From contig OZ244587.1 in the NCBI GenBank assembly GCA_965218095.1, forward strand, positions 3,488,001 through 3,552,000: a DNA stretch of 64,000 nt, read 5' to 3'. Both the position numbers and the translations under genes were made by a program. Each line of letters begins with the position of its first letter. Within the stretch, counting starts at the first letter, position 1. Shown piece after piece: positions 20,489 through 31,042 of the stretch. This DNA comes from Candidatus Poribacteria bacterium (GTDB lineage: Bacteria; Poribacteria; WGA-4E; PCPOR2b). The notes beneath the pieces were generated by a model. It was given only the letters and a program-made list of their open reading frames with translations, was not told the origin of the DNA and did no database searches.

Positions 20489-23400
20489 ATGTCCAATTGT
20501 AGCACATCTCGGTCCCGAATCCGAGACAATCACAAGCGGGGAACGGTTGGCGATTTTCTGAAGTCCGAAATCGAAAACGGTTCGTCGCTCTCCATTGTAT
20601 CGGCGTACTTCACGATTAACGCCTTTGACGCGCTAAAAGGGTATCTGCGCGGAATTGACGGACTTCGATTTCTGTTTGGTGAACCCGACTTTATCAAAAG
20701 CCTTGATCCGGAAAACACCGACGAGAAAGCCTTCAAAATTGTGGACGATGGCTTGGAACTTCGGGAACAGCTTCAACAGAAGCCGATTGCCAAAGCGTGC
20801 GCCGAGTGGATAGAAGATAAGGTAGAGATACGGTCAACCCGGCAATCGAATCTACTCCACGGAAAAATGTATCACATTGCCAACAACGGGGTGGAAAAAG
20901 CCATCATGGGCAGTTCCAATTTTACCGTGCGCGGACTCGGGTTGAGTCCGCCCCACGATAACATTGAACTTAATCTTGAGGTAGACGACTCCCAAGATCG
21001 CCACGACCTGAAAGCATGGTTTGATGAAATCTGGAATGACATGAACCACGTCGAAGATGTTAAAGCAAAAGTGATTGCCGCACTCAACCGGCTTGGAAAA
21101 GACCACGCGCCGGAGTTCATTTACTATAAGACGCTCTACGAGTTGTTCCGGGACGACTTAGAAGCCAGAATGAACAACGACCAGAAACTGGAAGACACGC
21201 ACCTGTACGACACAGAAATTTGGAAGGCGTTGTATGCCTTCCAGAAAGATGGCGTAAAAAGCGTTATCGCCCGTCTGTTGCGTCACAACGGTTGCATCCT
21301 CGCCGACAGCGTGGGATTGGGCAAAACCTACACGGCATTAGCAGTTATCAAGTTCTTTGAATTAAGAAATGACCGGGTGCTGGTGTTGTGTCCCAAAAAA
21401 TTACGCGAAAACTGGGCACTGTATTCAGAGCGTCATAACCAGCGCAACAACCCTTTCGAGGAAGATAAATTCGGTTATCATCTCATGTCGCATACCGACC
21501 TATCCCGTTACAGTGGTGAGTCCGGCGGCATCAATTTGGAAGGCTTTAATTGGAGCAATTTTGACCTAGTGGTGATCGATGAATCGCACAACTTCCGCAA
21601 CGACACCAAACCCGTTCGTGATGATGCCGGTAATGTCATCCGCCACAGTCGTTACACACGGCTGTTAGAGGAGGTTATCAAGGCAGGCGCCAAAACGAAG
21701 GTACTGATGCTTTCGGCGACGCCGGTGAACACCTCTCTTATTGACCTGCGAAATCAGATCTACCTGATGACCGGAAAGCGCGAAGAGGTCTTCCAGAAAA
21801 GTTTGGGGATCAGCAATATTCGCGCTTTGCTGGGGCAGGCGCAAAAGACGTTTAAGGCATGGGAGGACAGCCCGGACGAGGGCGGTGGTAGAGATAAGTC
21901 GAAGTTGCTGGCTGAATTGGGCGCCGATTTCTTCCAGTTACTTGGCGGCGTTTCTATCGCCCGCTCTCGGCGTCACATTGAGAATTTCTACGCTGAAGAA
22001 ATAGAGAGAATCGGCAAGTTTCCCGAACAACTGAAACCGGAAAACCATCACCCACCGACCGACCTGACCGGCGCGCTCTCTTATAAATACTTGGCTAAGC
22101 AGATAGGGAAATTCTCTCTGTCTATCTACACGCCGTCTAAGTACATTACCGACCCGAAGGTAAAGCGACGGTTGGCACAAGAGAAAAAAGAACGGCGGTT
22201 CAATCAGGAGGATCGCGAGCGGTTCCTGATCGGGATGATACGCACGAACTTCCTGAAGCGTTTGGAGAGTTCTGCACACTCCCTCACAGAAACACTCGGA
22301 CGCACCATCGGCAAAATTGACACCTTGCTGGAAAAGATTAACCGCTATGAACAAAACCAGCAGATGCCAGAAGCAGAAGCCGACATCCTTCCGGATGACG
22401 ACGAAGACGATGAGGAGTTCCTAGTGAATAGGGCACGTCACCCCTATCACTTGGGAGAATTGGATTGCTCCGGCTGGAAGGACGATCTCATAAAGGACAA
22501 ACAGACTCTGACCGAGGCGTGGGAAAGCGTCAAAGCAATCACGCCGGCGCGGGATGGCAAGCTCAAAGCGATCAAGGCGCATATTCGGGACAAGGCGCGA
22601 AACCCGATGATCGACAAGGACAGCAAGATCAAACGCAAGCTGCTGGTGTTCACTACTTTCAAGGACACGGCAGAGTACCTTTATGATAACCTGTCAGACT
22701 TGGCGGCGGAATTAGACCTGAACATGGCGTTGGTCTCCGGCGACGCGACGCGAACCACAATTAGCCCAAACAACTTCAACGCTATCCTGACTAATTTTGC
22801 GCCACGAGCCCGTGGGCGCGCCAACAACGGCGGCGGCGAAATCGATCTGCTGATCGCCACCGATTGCATATCAGAGGGGCAGAACCTGCAAGATTGCGAC
22901 ACGGTGTTGAACTACGACATCCACTGGAATCCGGTGCGTATCATCCAACGCTTCGGCCGCATTGACCGCATCGGCAGCCGCAACCTGTCTGTGCGAATGA
23001 TTAACTATTGGCCCACCGAAGACATGGAGGTCTATTTACGTTTGCAGAGTCGTGTGGCGGCTCGCATGGCACTCGCGGACGCAGCGGCAACCGGCGATGA
23101 AGACCCATTGAACGAATTGGCATACGAACAAGCCCAGATGGAACTGAATTTCCGCGACCAGCAATTGAAGCAACTGCGCGAAGATGTGCTCGACCTAGAC
23201 GACCTCTCCGACGGGGTTGTTCTGAGCGATTTTACGCTCGATTACTTCTTCACCCAATTGTTGCAGTATCTGGAAAAAAACAAGGCGGAATTGGAGTCAA
23301 CTCCTAGCGGGGTGTATGCAGTTACCCATGACGAAAAACGTCCCGAGGAAACGGGTGTCATCTTTTTTCTCCGCCAGCGGAACGCCAGCACGGATAAACA

Positions 23401-23779
23401 GAGAAAAACAGCCAGCCCCATTTACCCTTTTTATACGGTCTACATCCGCAACAATGGTGACATCCGCTACGGTTGTGCAAATGCCCGACAGGTGCTCGAT
23501 CTGTTTGAATCGGCGGCTGTCGGAAAGCCCAAACCGCTGCAAAACCTGTGCATCCAGTTTGACGGCGAAACCAGAAGCGGCAGGGACATGGCGCACTATG
23601 ACAAACTGTTGAAAGCGGTCATCGACCACATCAGCAGGGCACATAGAAAGACACAGATCAGAGGTATGGGGATTGGCGGCACACGCGGCTTCAAACTAGC
23701 TCCGAAATCCGAAGCCCCCAGAGATACCAGCGATTTTGAGTTGGTGACTTGGCTAGTTATCACAACCCCGCAGTCATAG
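20489..23779 (+). CDS. SNF2-like helicase with N-terminal PLD-family nuclease domain (R-M associated)
   Basis: LHGKMY...GSSNFT (PLD), ADSVGLGKT, DESHN, LSATP, ATDCISEGQNLQ, QRFGRIDRIG. Confidence 0.92.
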   Translation: MSNCSTSRSRIRDNHKRGTVGDFLKSEIENGSSLSIVSAYFTINAFDALKGYLRGIDGLRFLFGEPDFIKSLDPENTDEKAFKIVDDGLELREQLQQKPIAKACAEWIEDKVEIRSTRQSNLLHGKMYHIANNGVEKAIMGSSNFTVRGLGLSPPHDNIELNLEVDDSQDRHDLKAWFDEIWNDMNHVEDVKAKVIAALNRLGKDHAPEFIYYKTLYELFRDDLEARMNNDQKLEDTHLYDTEIWKALYAFQKDGVKSVIARLLRHNGCILADSVGLGKTYTALAVIKFFELRNDRVLVLCPKKLRENWALYSERHNQRNNPFEEDKFGYHLMSHTDLSRYSGESGGINLEGFNWSNFDLVVIDESHNFRNDTKPVRDDAGNVIRHSRYTRLLEEVIKAGAKTKVLMLSATPVNTSLIDLRNQIYLMTGKREEVFQKSLGISNIRALLGQAQKTFKAWEDSPDEGGGRDKSKLLAELGADFFQLLGGVSIARSRRHIENFYAEEIERIGKFPEQLKPENHHPPTDLTGALSYKYLAKQIGKFSLSIYTPSKYITDPKVKRRLAQEKKERRFNQEDRERFLIGMIRTNFLKRLESSAHSLTETLGRTIGKIDTLLEKINRYEQNQQMPEAEADILPDDDEDDEEFLVNRARHPYHLGELDCSGWKDDLIKDKQTLTEAWESVKAITPARDGKLKAIKAHIRDKARNPMIDKDSKIKRKLLVFTTFKDTAEYLYDNLSDLAAELDLNMALVSGDATRTTISPNNFNAILTNFAPRARGRANNGGGEIDLLIATDCISEGQNLQDCDTVLNYDIHWNPVRIIQRFGRIDRIGSRNLSVRMINYWPTEDMEVYLRLQSRVAARMALADAAATGDEDPLNELAYEQAQMELNFRDQQLKQLREDVLDLDDLSDGVVLSDFTLDYFFTQLLQYLEKNKAELESTPSGVYAVTHDEKRPEETGVIFFLRQRNASTDKQRKTASPIYPFYTVYIRNNGDIRYGCANARQVLDLFESAAVGKPKPLQNLCIQFDGETRSGRDMAHYDKLLKAVIDHISRAHRKTQIRGMGIGGTRGFKLAPKSEAPRDTSDFELVTWLVITTPQS

Positions 23780-23794
23780 CAAGTCCTTAGTCCA

Positions 23795-23945
23795 GTAGGG
23801 GCAGGTCTTGTGCCTGCCCTATACACCAACAGACACAATAGGGCAACCACGAGGGTTGCCCCTACGGAATCACCCGAATGACTGTAGGAGGGATTTCCTA
23901 ATCCCGACACCTCTCGTTCAGTAGGGGCAGGTCTTGTGCCTGCCC
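23795..23945. repeat. GTAG-type REP cluster (REPIN/BIME-like)
   Basis: GTAGGGGCAGGTCTTGTGCCTGCCC at 23795 and 23921; inverted partner GGGCAACCACGAGGGTTGCCCCTAC ending at 23865. Confidence 0.8.
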
Positions 23946-23982
23946 AAAACTGAAGGCTGCTTAACAAACAGGAACGAAATAC

Positions 23983-26900
23983 ATGAACAACGAAGAGATC
24001 AAAAAGAAGGAAGAAATTGAATCCGCTTTGGCGGCAATAGCCGGCGGCGATTTTTTGGAAACCTCAATGGAACTACTAGCGGTTTTGGGCTACCGCAGCG
24101 AACTCACTGATGAACTTCCGGAAACGGTGGATGGCTTTATTGAGGAATTACCAGCCCGGAACAAAAACACCAAGACGGAACAGGAATTCCGAGATGACGC
24201 GGAATCGGTAGAGTTGGTGTTTCAAGTTGGGAGCGACGAAATTGCTGGTAGTCAGCTAACGTTGTTTGAGTCACGTTTCGATGAGGAGAATGAAGATAGT
24301 TTCATGTTTTTTACGGTTGAGTTGAAAGATAAAGACTACCCCCGAGGCAAATACGCCCAGTTTACACGAGAGGTCAACAAGCGGATGGTGATGCCGGTTG
24401 TGGTGTTCTTTCGTGTTGAGAATCGCTTGACCATAGGCTTTGTCGGTCGCCGTCCAAACCAGCTTGATGAATCCAAAGATGTCCTCGAAAAGGTGACACT
24501 GATCAAGGACATTCGGCTGAATGATCCGTACCGTGCACATAAAGATATTCTGTTTGAACTCTCGTTGGCGGAGTGCGCGAAATGGATGGCTGACCACAAC
24601 CAACCGAAAAACTTCGATGGCTTGCTCGCGGCTTGGCTTGCCCGACTGAATACCGAAGAACTCAACAAGCAATTCTACCGGAAGTTGTTCCACTGGTTTG
24701 AATGGGCGGTTGAGGAGGCAAAGTTTCCGACAGACAAAAATCGCACCTTGAAGCCGGAGGAGCACGTCATCCGCTTAATCACGCGCCTGCTGTTCGTCTG
24801 GTTTATGAAGGAAAAGAGGCTGGTTGCGGAAGAACTGTTCAACGAGACGCAAGTCTCCCCCTTACTGAAAGACTACGACCACGACACCGGCGATTCCTAC
24901 TACCGCGCGGTGCTACAGAACCTGTTTTTCGCCACACTGAACACCGAGATAGAGAAGCGTCAGTTTAGCAAAGGGGGAAACCCCGGCCATCGCAATTTCT
25001 CACGGTATCGCTACAAGGAGCAGATAAGCGACCCCGATAAACTGCTAAAACTGTTCGTCCAAACGCCATTTATCAACGGGGGCTTGTTTGATTGCTTGGA
25101 CAGCGAGGCGGCGACAGAGGGCGGCGGCTACCGAATTGATTGCTTTTCCGATGTGCACTACAAGAAGTTGAGCATTCCCAACCGTCTCTTTTTTGACAAA
25201 CAGCGCGGTCTGTTTCCCCTGCTGGAACACTACAAGTTCACCGTCGAGGAAAACACGCCGATAGAGCAGGAGGTCGCGTTGGACCCGGAGCTACTCGGCA
25301 AGGTGTTTGAAAACCTACTCGCCGCCTATAACCCCGAAACCGGCGCAACGGCACGGAAGCAGACAGGTTCTTATTACACCCCGCGCGCCATTGTGGACTA
25401 CATGGTGGAGGAAGCATTAATAGCAGGGCTAACAGGACAGGTGTCGCCAACAGATGGCAATGCAAAGTTTTGGGAAGAACGGTTGTACTATCTGTTCGAC
25501 TATGCGAAGGTGTTCGACGATGCGAGCGAATGGTTCGATAGCCGGGAATCGGACGAGGTTGTGCGGGCAATTTCAGAACTGAAGATACTGGATCCGGCGG
25601 TCGGTTCGGGTGCGTTTCCGATGGGTGCCTTGCACAAACTGACCCTCGCACTGCGGCGACTTGACCACGATAACACCCGATGGGAACAGCTACAGAAAGA
25701 ACGCGCCATCCAGCGGGCAGCGGATGCGTTTGATACGAAGGATAGACAATCACGCGATGAAGAACTCAAGGAAATTAGCAGAATCTTTGAAAATTATTCC
25801 GGCAACTTCGGGCGAAAGTTGTATCTGATCCAAAACAGCATCTTCGGTTTGGACATTCAATCCATTGCCTGCCAAATCGCCAAACTCCGCTTCTTCATCT
25901 CCCTTGCAATTGAGCAGAAGCCGGATCGAGACGCCGACAACTTTGGGATTAAGCCCCTGCCGAACCTGGAGACGCGCTTTATCGCAGCAAATACGCTAAT
26001 CGGCCTCGAAGGGGAGCTAACCCTGACAAGTCCCAAAGCGAAGGCGCTAGAGCATAAATTGAGCGCGAATCGCGAGCGACATTTCCACGCAACGACACGC
26101 CCACAGAAACTGGCGTGTAAGAGAGATGACAAGAAATTACGACGAGAATTGGCTACAGAGTTAAGACATATCGGTATGCCCGCCGATGATGCGGATAAAG
26201 TTGCCGACTGGGACCCCTACGACCAGAATGCAAGTGCGGATTGGTTTGACGCAAGACGGATGTTTGATGTTAAGAACGGGTTTGATGTGGTGATTGGCAA
26301 TCCGCCGTATATTAAGGAATATACATTTAAGCACGCATTCGATGGGCTTCGAGAGTCTCCTTACTATCAAGGTAAAATGGATATTTGGTATATGTTTGCC
26401 TGTGAAGGAATAGATATCATAAAAAACGGTGAAGGTGTAGTTACATTTATTGCTCAGAATAATTGGGTTACCAGTTATGGTGCTTCAAAGATGAGAAATA
26501 AAATTATTAAAGACGCGCAGGTTTTGAGTCTAATAGATTTTGGTAGTTTCAAGATATTTGAGTCCGGAATACAAACAATGATAATGATTTTCAGAAAAAA
26601 CACCGACTCTGACAGTTACTCGTTTGATTATAGGCGACTTCATGGGCGGGACCTCAATATCAACGATGTTATGTTGCTTCTCAATAAGAGCGATAACAGT
26701 AAAGCAGAACACTTAACTCCGACGATTAAAAGAAGTGAATACGCAGGTAGATCTTTAACATTTAGCAATTCTGAAGTTGAATTGATTCTTGAGAAGATTT
26801 CATTAAAGGGCAATCTTCGTCTAAATCCCAACAAGGAAGTCGCTCAAGGGATTGTCCCCAATCCAGATGTGGTTGGAACGTCGAATTTAAATAAGATTCC

Positions 26901-27645
26901 AGAACATAAAATGATAAAATACGGAATAAAAAAAGGCAATGGTGTTTTTGTCGTACCGAAAGACTTTTTCAAGAGGTTAAACAATTATGAAAAAAACCTG
27001 CTTAGGCCTCTTTATGAACCTAGCGACTTAACCCGATACTTTATAAAAAAACCGAGTTCCAAGGAAATCATTTACATAACAAAGTCCAATGATGACAAAC
27101 AAATACCAATTTTATTAGACCATCTAGAGAAATTTAGAGAGATAATGAACGCAAGAAGGGAAAACAAAAATGGTCGCCTCAATTACTATCACTTGCATTG
27201 GCCGAGAGATGAGTATTTTTTCAAACCAGGTCCTAAAATTTTATCGGTTCGAAAGTGTACTAGGCCAACCTTTACATACACTGAGGAGAGCGCATATGTA
27301 ATGATGGCTATAAACGTCATAAAATCAACCCGATTAGCTACTAAGTATCTTGTAGGTTTGTTAAACTCCAAACTGATTGCTTTTTGGTTAAAACATAGGG
27401 GGAAGATGCAAGGAACAAATTATCAAATTGACAAACAGCCGTTATTAGCAATCCCCTTAATTTCACCTTCATTTGAACAAAAGGCTTCGGTTGAAACTTT
27501 AGTTAATCAAATCCTTGAGGCCAAGTGCGCTGACCCAGATGCGGACACTATCGCCCTTGAAAATGAGATTGATCGGTTGGTATACTCATTATACGATCTC
27601 ACCCCCAAAGAAATCGCTATTGTGGAGGAAGCGGAAAATGTCTGA
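23983..27645 (+). CDS. Type IIG / Eco57I-like N6-adenine DNA methyltransferase with C-terminal TRD, copy 1
   Basis: GSYYTPR, ILDPAVGSGAF (motif I), FDVVIGNPPY (motif IV), TaqI-C-like TRD, tail EIDRLVYSLYDLTPKEIAIVEE. Confidence 0.93.
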   Translation: MNNEEIKKKEEIESALAAIAGGDFLETSMELLAVLGYRSELTDELPETVDGFIEELPARNKNTKTEQEFRDDAESVELVFQVGSDEIAGSQLTLFESRFDEENEDSFMFFTVELKDKDYPRGKYAQFTREVNKRMVMPVVVFFRVENRLTIGFVGRRPNQLDESKDVLEKVTLIKDIRLNDPYRAHKDILFELSLAECAKWMADHNQPKNFDGLLAAWLARLNTEELNKQFYRKLFHWFEWAVEEAKFPTDKNRTLKPEEHVIRLITRLLFVWFMKEKRLVAEELFNETQVSPLLKDYDHDTGDSYYRAVLQNLFFATLNTEIEKRQFSKGGNPGHRNFSRYRYKEQISDPDKLLKLFVQTPFINGGLFDCLDSEAATEGGGYRIDCFSDVHYKKLSIPNRLFFDKQRGLFPLLEHYKFTVEENTPIEQEVALDPELLGKVFENLLAAYNPETGATARKQTGSYYTPRAIVDYMVEEALIAGLTGQVSPTDGNAKFWEERLYYLFDYAKVFDDASEWFDSRESDEVVRAISELKILDPAVGSGAFPMGALHKLTLALRRLDHDNTRWEQLQKERAIQRAADAFDTKDRQSRDEELKEISRIFENYSGNFGRKLYLIQNSIFGLDIQSIACQIAKLRFFISLAIEQKPDRDADNFGIKPLPNLETRFIAANTLIGLEGELTLTSPKAKALEHKLSANRERHFHATTRPQKLACKRDDKKLRRELATELRHIGMPADDADKVADWDPYDQNASADWFDARRMFDVKNGFDVVIGNPPYIKEYTFKHAFDGLRESPYYQGKMDIWYMFACEGIDIIKNGEGVVTFIAQNNWVTSYGASKMRNKIIKDAQVLSLIDFGSFKIFESGIQTMIMIFRKNTDSDSYSFDYRRLHGRDLNINDVMLLLNKSDNSKAEHLTPTIKRSEYAGRSLTFSNSEVELILEKISLKGNLRLNPNKEVAQGIVPNPDVVGTSNLNKIPEHKMIKYGIKKGNGVFVVPKDFFKRLNNYEKNLLRPLYEPSDLTRYFIKKPSSKEIIYITKSNDDKQIPILLDHLEKFREIMNARRENKNGRLNYYHLHWPRDEYFFKPGPKILSVRKCTRPTFTYTEESAYVMMAINVIKSTRLATKYLVGLLNSKLIAFWLKHRGKMQGTNYQIDKQPLLAIPLISPSFEQKASVETLVNQILEAKCADPDADTIALENEIDRLVYSLYDLTPKEIAIVEEAENV

Positions 27646-27756
27646 ATCACGGATTAAACAGATGACGCGGATAGCGCGGATTTCTTGAATCTGTGGCAAT
27701 CTGCGATTCTGACAATGAAGAAATTACTATTGTGGAGGAAAGAGAAGGAAATTATA

Positions 27757-28893
27757 ATGGATGATTTAACTACTTCGCTACTACGGGATTTAGAAGAGGA
27801 AGCCACTGAAGCTAAAGTCGAAACCGAAGAAGCGTGCAACAAAATGCTCAGAGATTTGCACACTAATAACCCCCAACTCATGGCTGCAGAGGTCAAAAAA
27901 CTTAATGATGTGAACCTTACAATGTTCTTTGGCAATAGTTCCGCTGAATCCAAAAGCTGGAAAAAATACCATCACCAATTGGAGGCTCGCCTGCTCAAGC
28001 AGATTTCTTCTGAGGTGGGAAAGTTTCTTAATTGCCCAGTAGAAGCCAGTGAGTTAAAAAAGTACCTGGTAGACTCTAGAAACAAAAACAATGAGTTGAA
28101 TGGAATTGTTCATGGTCCCAAGCGGGAAATTGACAAAGTACGTCAAATCTGCGATGACTTTCAAGTTAGGACTATGACAGAGATACGGGACATGTTTATA
28201 CGAGTTACGATTGAACGCGCTCGTCACATCGGACAGCCCGTCTTACCGGATATTCGTATAACACTACTCTTCCCCACCTCTAGTACGACAAATGTACTGA
28301 TATATCATGCGGAGGCGGATGTAGTGAAGGCGGATTGCATCTATCGTCTACCATCAGTGACACTAGATACCAATGTGGTTCTCTATATGAAGAAAGGAAA
28401 GATAGTAGACCCGCTGGAACTCCGCAAGAAATGCCCGGTGGATTTAGCAGTTACACACCGAATCCGAGAGGATCTGAAACCTTTGCTGTCTGATGAGCAG
28501 TTTCTTACAGATAACTATATTAGAAAAATTCCTTCAATTATGCGCTGTTGTTTCGACAGCCGAAGCGAGCGATTCCTACTTAATCCAGAGTTCGACAAAC
28601 CGGGGAGTACCGAGTTTTTAAAGATGGCCGAATCTATTATTGACGATTTTAAACAAACCGGGGAGAATCCTCCAGAATATCAAGACTGGGATCACCTCCA
28701 CGCCCATTACATGTCTGGGAGAGATTTTTTTCTGACAGAAGATAAAAAAATTCTTAAGATTAATTGTCAGTTAAAAGAATTAGGTATTCGCGTAATGAGA
28801 TTTGAAGAATTCTTAAGATTGATTGAAAAAAATGGGATATTGTTGTATCCAAAAAATCCTGAAAATCCTAAAATCCAGTCAATCCAGATTTAG
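27757..28893 (+). CDS. Hypothetical protein with C-terminal PIN-like domain
   Basis: VTLDTNVV...E...DWDHLHAH...FFLTEDKKIL acidic pattern typical of PIN nucleases. Confidence 0.65.
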   Translation: MDDLTTSLLRDLEEEATEAKVETEEACNKMLRDLHTNNPQLMAAEVKKLNDVNLTMFFGNSSAESKSWKKYHHQLEARLLKQISSEVGKFLNCPVEASELKKYLVDSRNKNNELNGIVHGPKREIDKVRQICDDFQVRTMTEIRDMFIRVTIERARHIGQPVLPDIRITLLFPTSSTTNVLIYHAEADVVKADCIYRLPSVTLDTNVVLYMKKGKIVDPLELRKKCPVDLAVTHRIREDLKPLLSDEQFLTDNYIRKIPSIMRCCFDSRSERFLLNPEFDKPGSTEFLKMAESIIDDFKQTGENPPEYQDWDHLHAHYMSGRDFFLTEDKKILKINCQLKELGIRVMRFEEFLRLIEKNGILLYPKNPENPKIQSIQI

Positions 28894-28907
28894 ACAAAGG
28901 AAAAAGA

Positions 28908-30431
28908 ATGAGCGAACCACTAGAAGTATTCATTACCTATTCACATGAGAACACAGAAGCAAAAGACGAACTCATAACGCGCCTTGCTGTGATGAAGCAA
29001 CAAAATGAATTAGTAACTTGGCACGACAACGAAATGCTTCCCAGTGACAAGTGGCGTGAAGAAATTTTTTCCACGCGCCTTCCCAATTCGGATCTTTTGC
29101 TCTACCTCGTCTCCGCTGCGAGCCTTGCCTCTGAAAACTGCAATAGGGAGTTGGCAGTAGCCTTAGAAAAAAACATAAAACCCATCCCGATTATCCTTGA
29201 GGATTGCGATTGGAAAAAGCATCAACTTGGTGAATTCCAAGCTCTTCCTGACAAAGGCAATCCTATTAACGAGTGGGAATTTAAGAGCAAAGGTTGGCAA
29301 AATGTAGTAGAGGGCATCCGAAAATTCGTTGACGCAATGCAGTCTCAGGTGGATTCGCCTCCCAGTACGCCTGAAGAAGAACTACGCGCTGAATTGGCAA
29401 TCCAACAGGGTAATTTTCTGCTAATGCTCAAGCAAGTAGACAGGGCGATAGAAACCTATTCACGCGCGATTGACCTCAATCCTCGCGCTGCTCATGCCTA
29501 TTATAATCGTGGCAATGTTTACCACAACAAAGGCGAGTTTGGACGCGCCATCACAGATTATACCAAAGCAATAGAATTGAACCCTAATCTTGCGGAAGCC
29601 TACAACAATCGGGGTAATGCTTACATGGACAAAGGCGATTCAGGGAGTGCCATTGCAGACTATAATAAAGCGATACAACTCGACACCAATTGTGCCAGTG
29701 CCTATTACAATCGTGGTGTGGCTTACGGAGAAAAAGGCGATACTGACCGTGCCATCGTAGACTATACCAAAGCGATAGAACTAAATCCTGATTATACCGA
29801 GGCCTATAACAATCGCGGTCTTGCTCACAGTAAGACAGGCAATCTTAATTGTGCCATTGCAGACTATGACAAAGCGATACAACTGCGACCAAATGATGCC
29901 GAAGCCTATAACAATCGCGGTCTTGCTCATAGTAAGACGGGTAATCTTGACTGTGTCATTGAAGACTTTACCAAAGTGATACAACTGCGACCAAATGATG
30001 CCGAAGCCTATAACAATCGTGGAGTGGCATACCACAGAAAGGGCGAAATTAATCTTGCCATTAAGGACTATAACCGGACGATGGATTTGAATCCCGATTT
30101 TGTTGCCAAAGTCTATTGCAATCGTGGCGAGGCGTGGTTACATCTGAGAGAATGGGGCAAAGCCAAATCAGACCTGACTGCTGCCAGAGACATGGGTGTA
30201 GATATCATTACCTCGTTTCATAACGAATACGCAAGCGTCTTGGACTTCGAGCAGAAACACGATGTTCAGCTACCAGCAGACCTCGCCGCCATGCTGACAC
30301 CCCAGGGAGTCGCCATAGGAGAAGAAGTAGAGCGGGAAGCCCCCCATGAATTGGCGAGCGATTTTGAAATCGTCTTAGACGAGATAGTAAGAAAATACGA
30401 TCGAGCATGGAAAACTCTAGCCAAACCTTGA
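28908..30431 (+). CDS. TIR-TPR protein 1 with antitoxin-like C-terminal tail
   Basis: VFITYSHEN...WHD...LVSAASLASENCNREL (TIR, catalytic Glu present), about 8 TPRs, shared cap, tail DEIVRKYDRAWKTLAK. Confidence 0.9.
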   Translation: MSEPLEVFITYSHENTEAKDELITRLAVMKQQNELVTWHDNEMLPSDKWREEIFSTRLPNSDLLLYLVSAASLASENCNRELAVALEKNIKPIPIILEDCDWKKHQLGEFQALPDKGNPINEWEFKSKGWQNVVEGIRKFVDAMQSQVDSPPSTPEEELRAELAIQQGNFLLMLKQVDRAIETYSRAIDLNPRAAHAYYNRGNVYHNKGEFGRAITDYTKAIELNPNLAEAYNNRGNAYMDKGDSGSAIADYNKAIQLDTNCASAYYNRGVAYGEKGDTDRAIVDYTKAIELNPDYTEAYNNRGLAHSKTGNLNCAIADYDKAIQLRPNDAEAYNNRGLAHSKTGNLDCVIEDFTKVIQLRPNDAEAYNNRGVAYHRKGEINLAIKDYNRTMDLNPDFVAKVYCNRGEAWLHLREWGKAKSDLTAARDMGVDIITSFHNEYASVLDFEQKHDVQLPADLAAMLTPQGVAIGEEVEREAPHELASDFEIVLDEIVRKYDRAWKTLAKP

Positions 30432-30844
30432 AGTATTTGACAATTGAGGACATTCTGAGGGTTGCCAAGGGGCAGGTGGGTAGCTATCAGTTGTTGAATG
30501 AAAATCAGTTACACTATTTGGTTGAAATAGTCGGTGAAAAATTAGGTGATACAGAACTGTTTCCGACTTTGCCCAAAAAAGCTGCTGTATATGCCCATCA
30601 CATTATTACTGGACATATATTTTCCGATGGGAATAAACGTATCGGCCTGACTTGTGCGCTCGCGTTTTTAGTTTTGAATGGCTGTTCTCTTCATCGCAAC
30701 ATTGATGATTCGATTATTGAGCTTGGCTTTAAGATTGCGGATGGGACGATAACCGATCTGGAGATAATCGCCGAGGATTTACAATCATGGATTCAGCGAC
30801 AGACGTATGAATCGGTTGTATTTACATTAGATCCGTTTAACTGA
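30428..30844 (+). CDS. doc: Death-on-curing (Doc/Fic family) toxin
   Basis: MKYLT.EDI, LFPTLPKKAA, HIFSDGNKRIG. The TTG start overlaps the upstream TGA (TTGA). Confidence 0.88.
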   Translation: MKYLTIEDILRVAKGQVGSYQLLNENQLHYLVEIVGEKLGDTELFPTLPKKAAVYAHHIITGHIFSDGNKRIGLTCALAFLVLNGCSLHRNIDDSIIELGFKIADGTITDLEIIAEDLQSWIQRQTYESVVFTLDPFN

Positions 30845-31042
30845 GGGCGGAAATTGTCAGAATCGCGAATTAGACCGGAGTTGACACAGGTTACGCTGTT
30901 TTAATCCGTGGCAATCTGTGATTCAGACAACGCAGAAATCTCCCTTGTGGAAAAACCGCCGCCCTGAAATCCTGAGAATCCTAAAATCCAGTAAATCCAG
31001 ATTCAGACAATGAGGAAATCGCCATTGTGGAGAACAAAAAGT

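Noticed and set aside
20489-27645. Complete DISARM or BREX system
   Set aside because: Only a PLD-SNF2 helicase and methyltransferases are present; no DrmA, DrmB, PglZ or BrxC-like genes.
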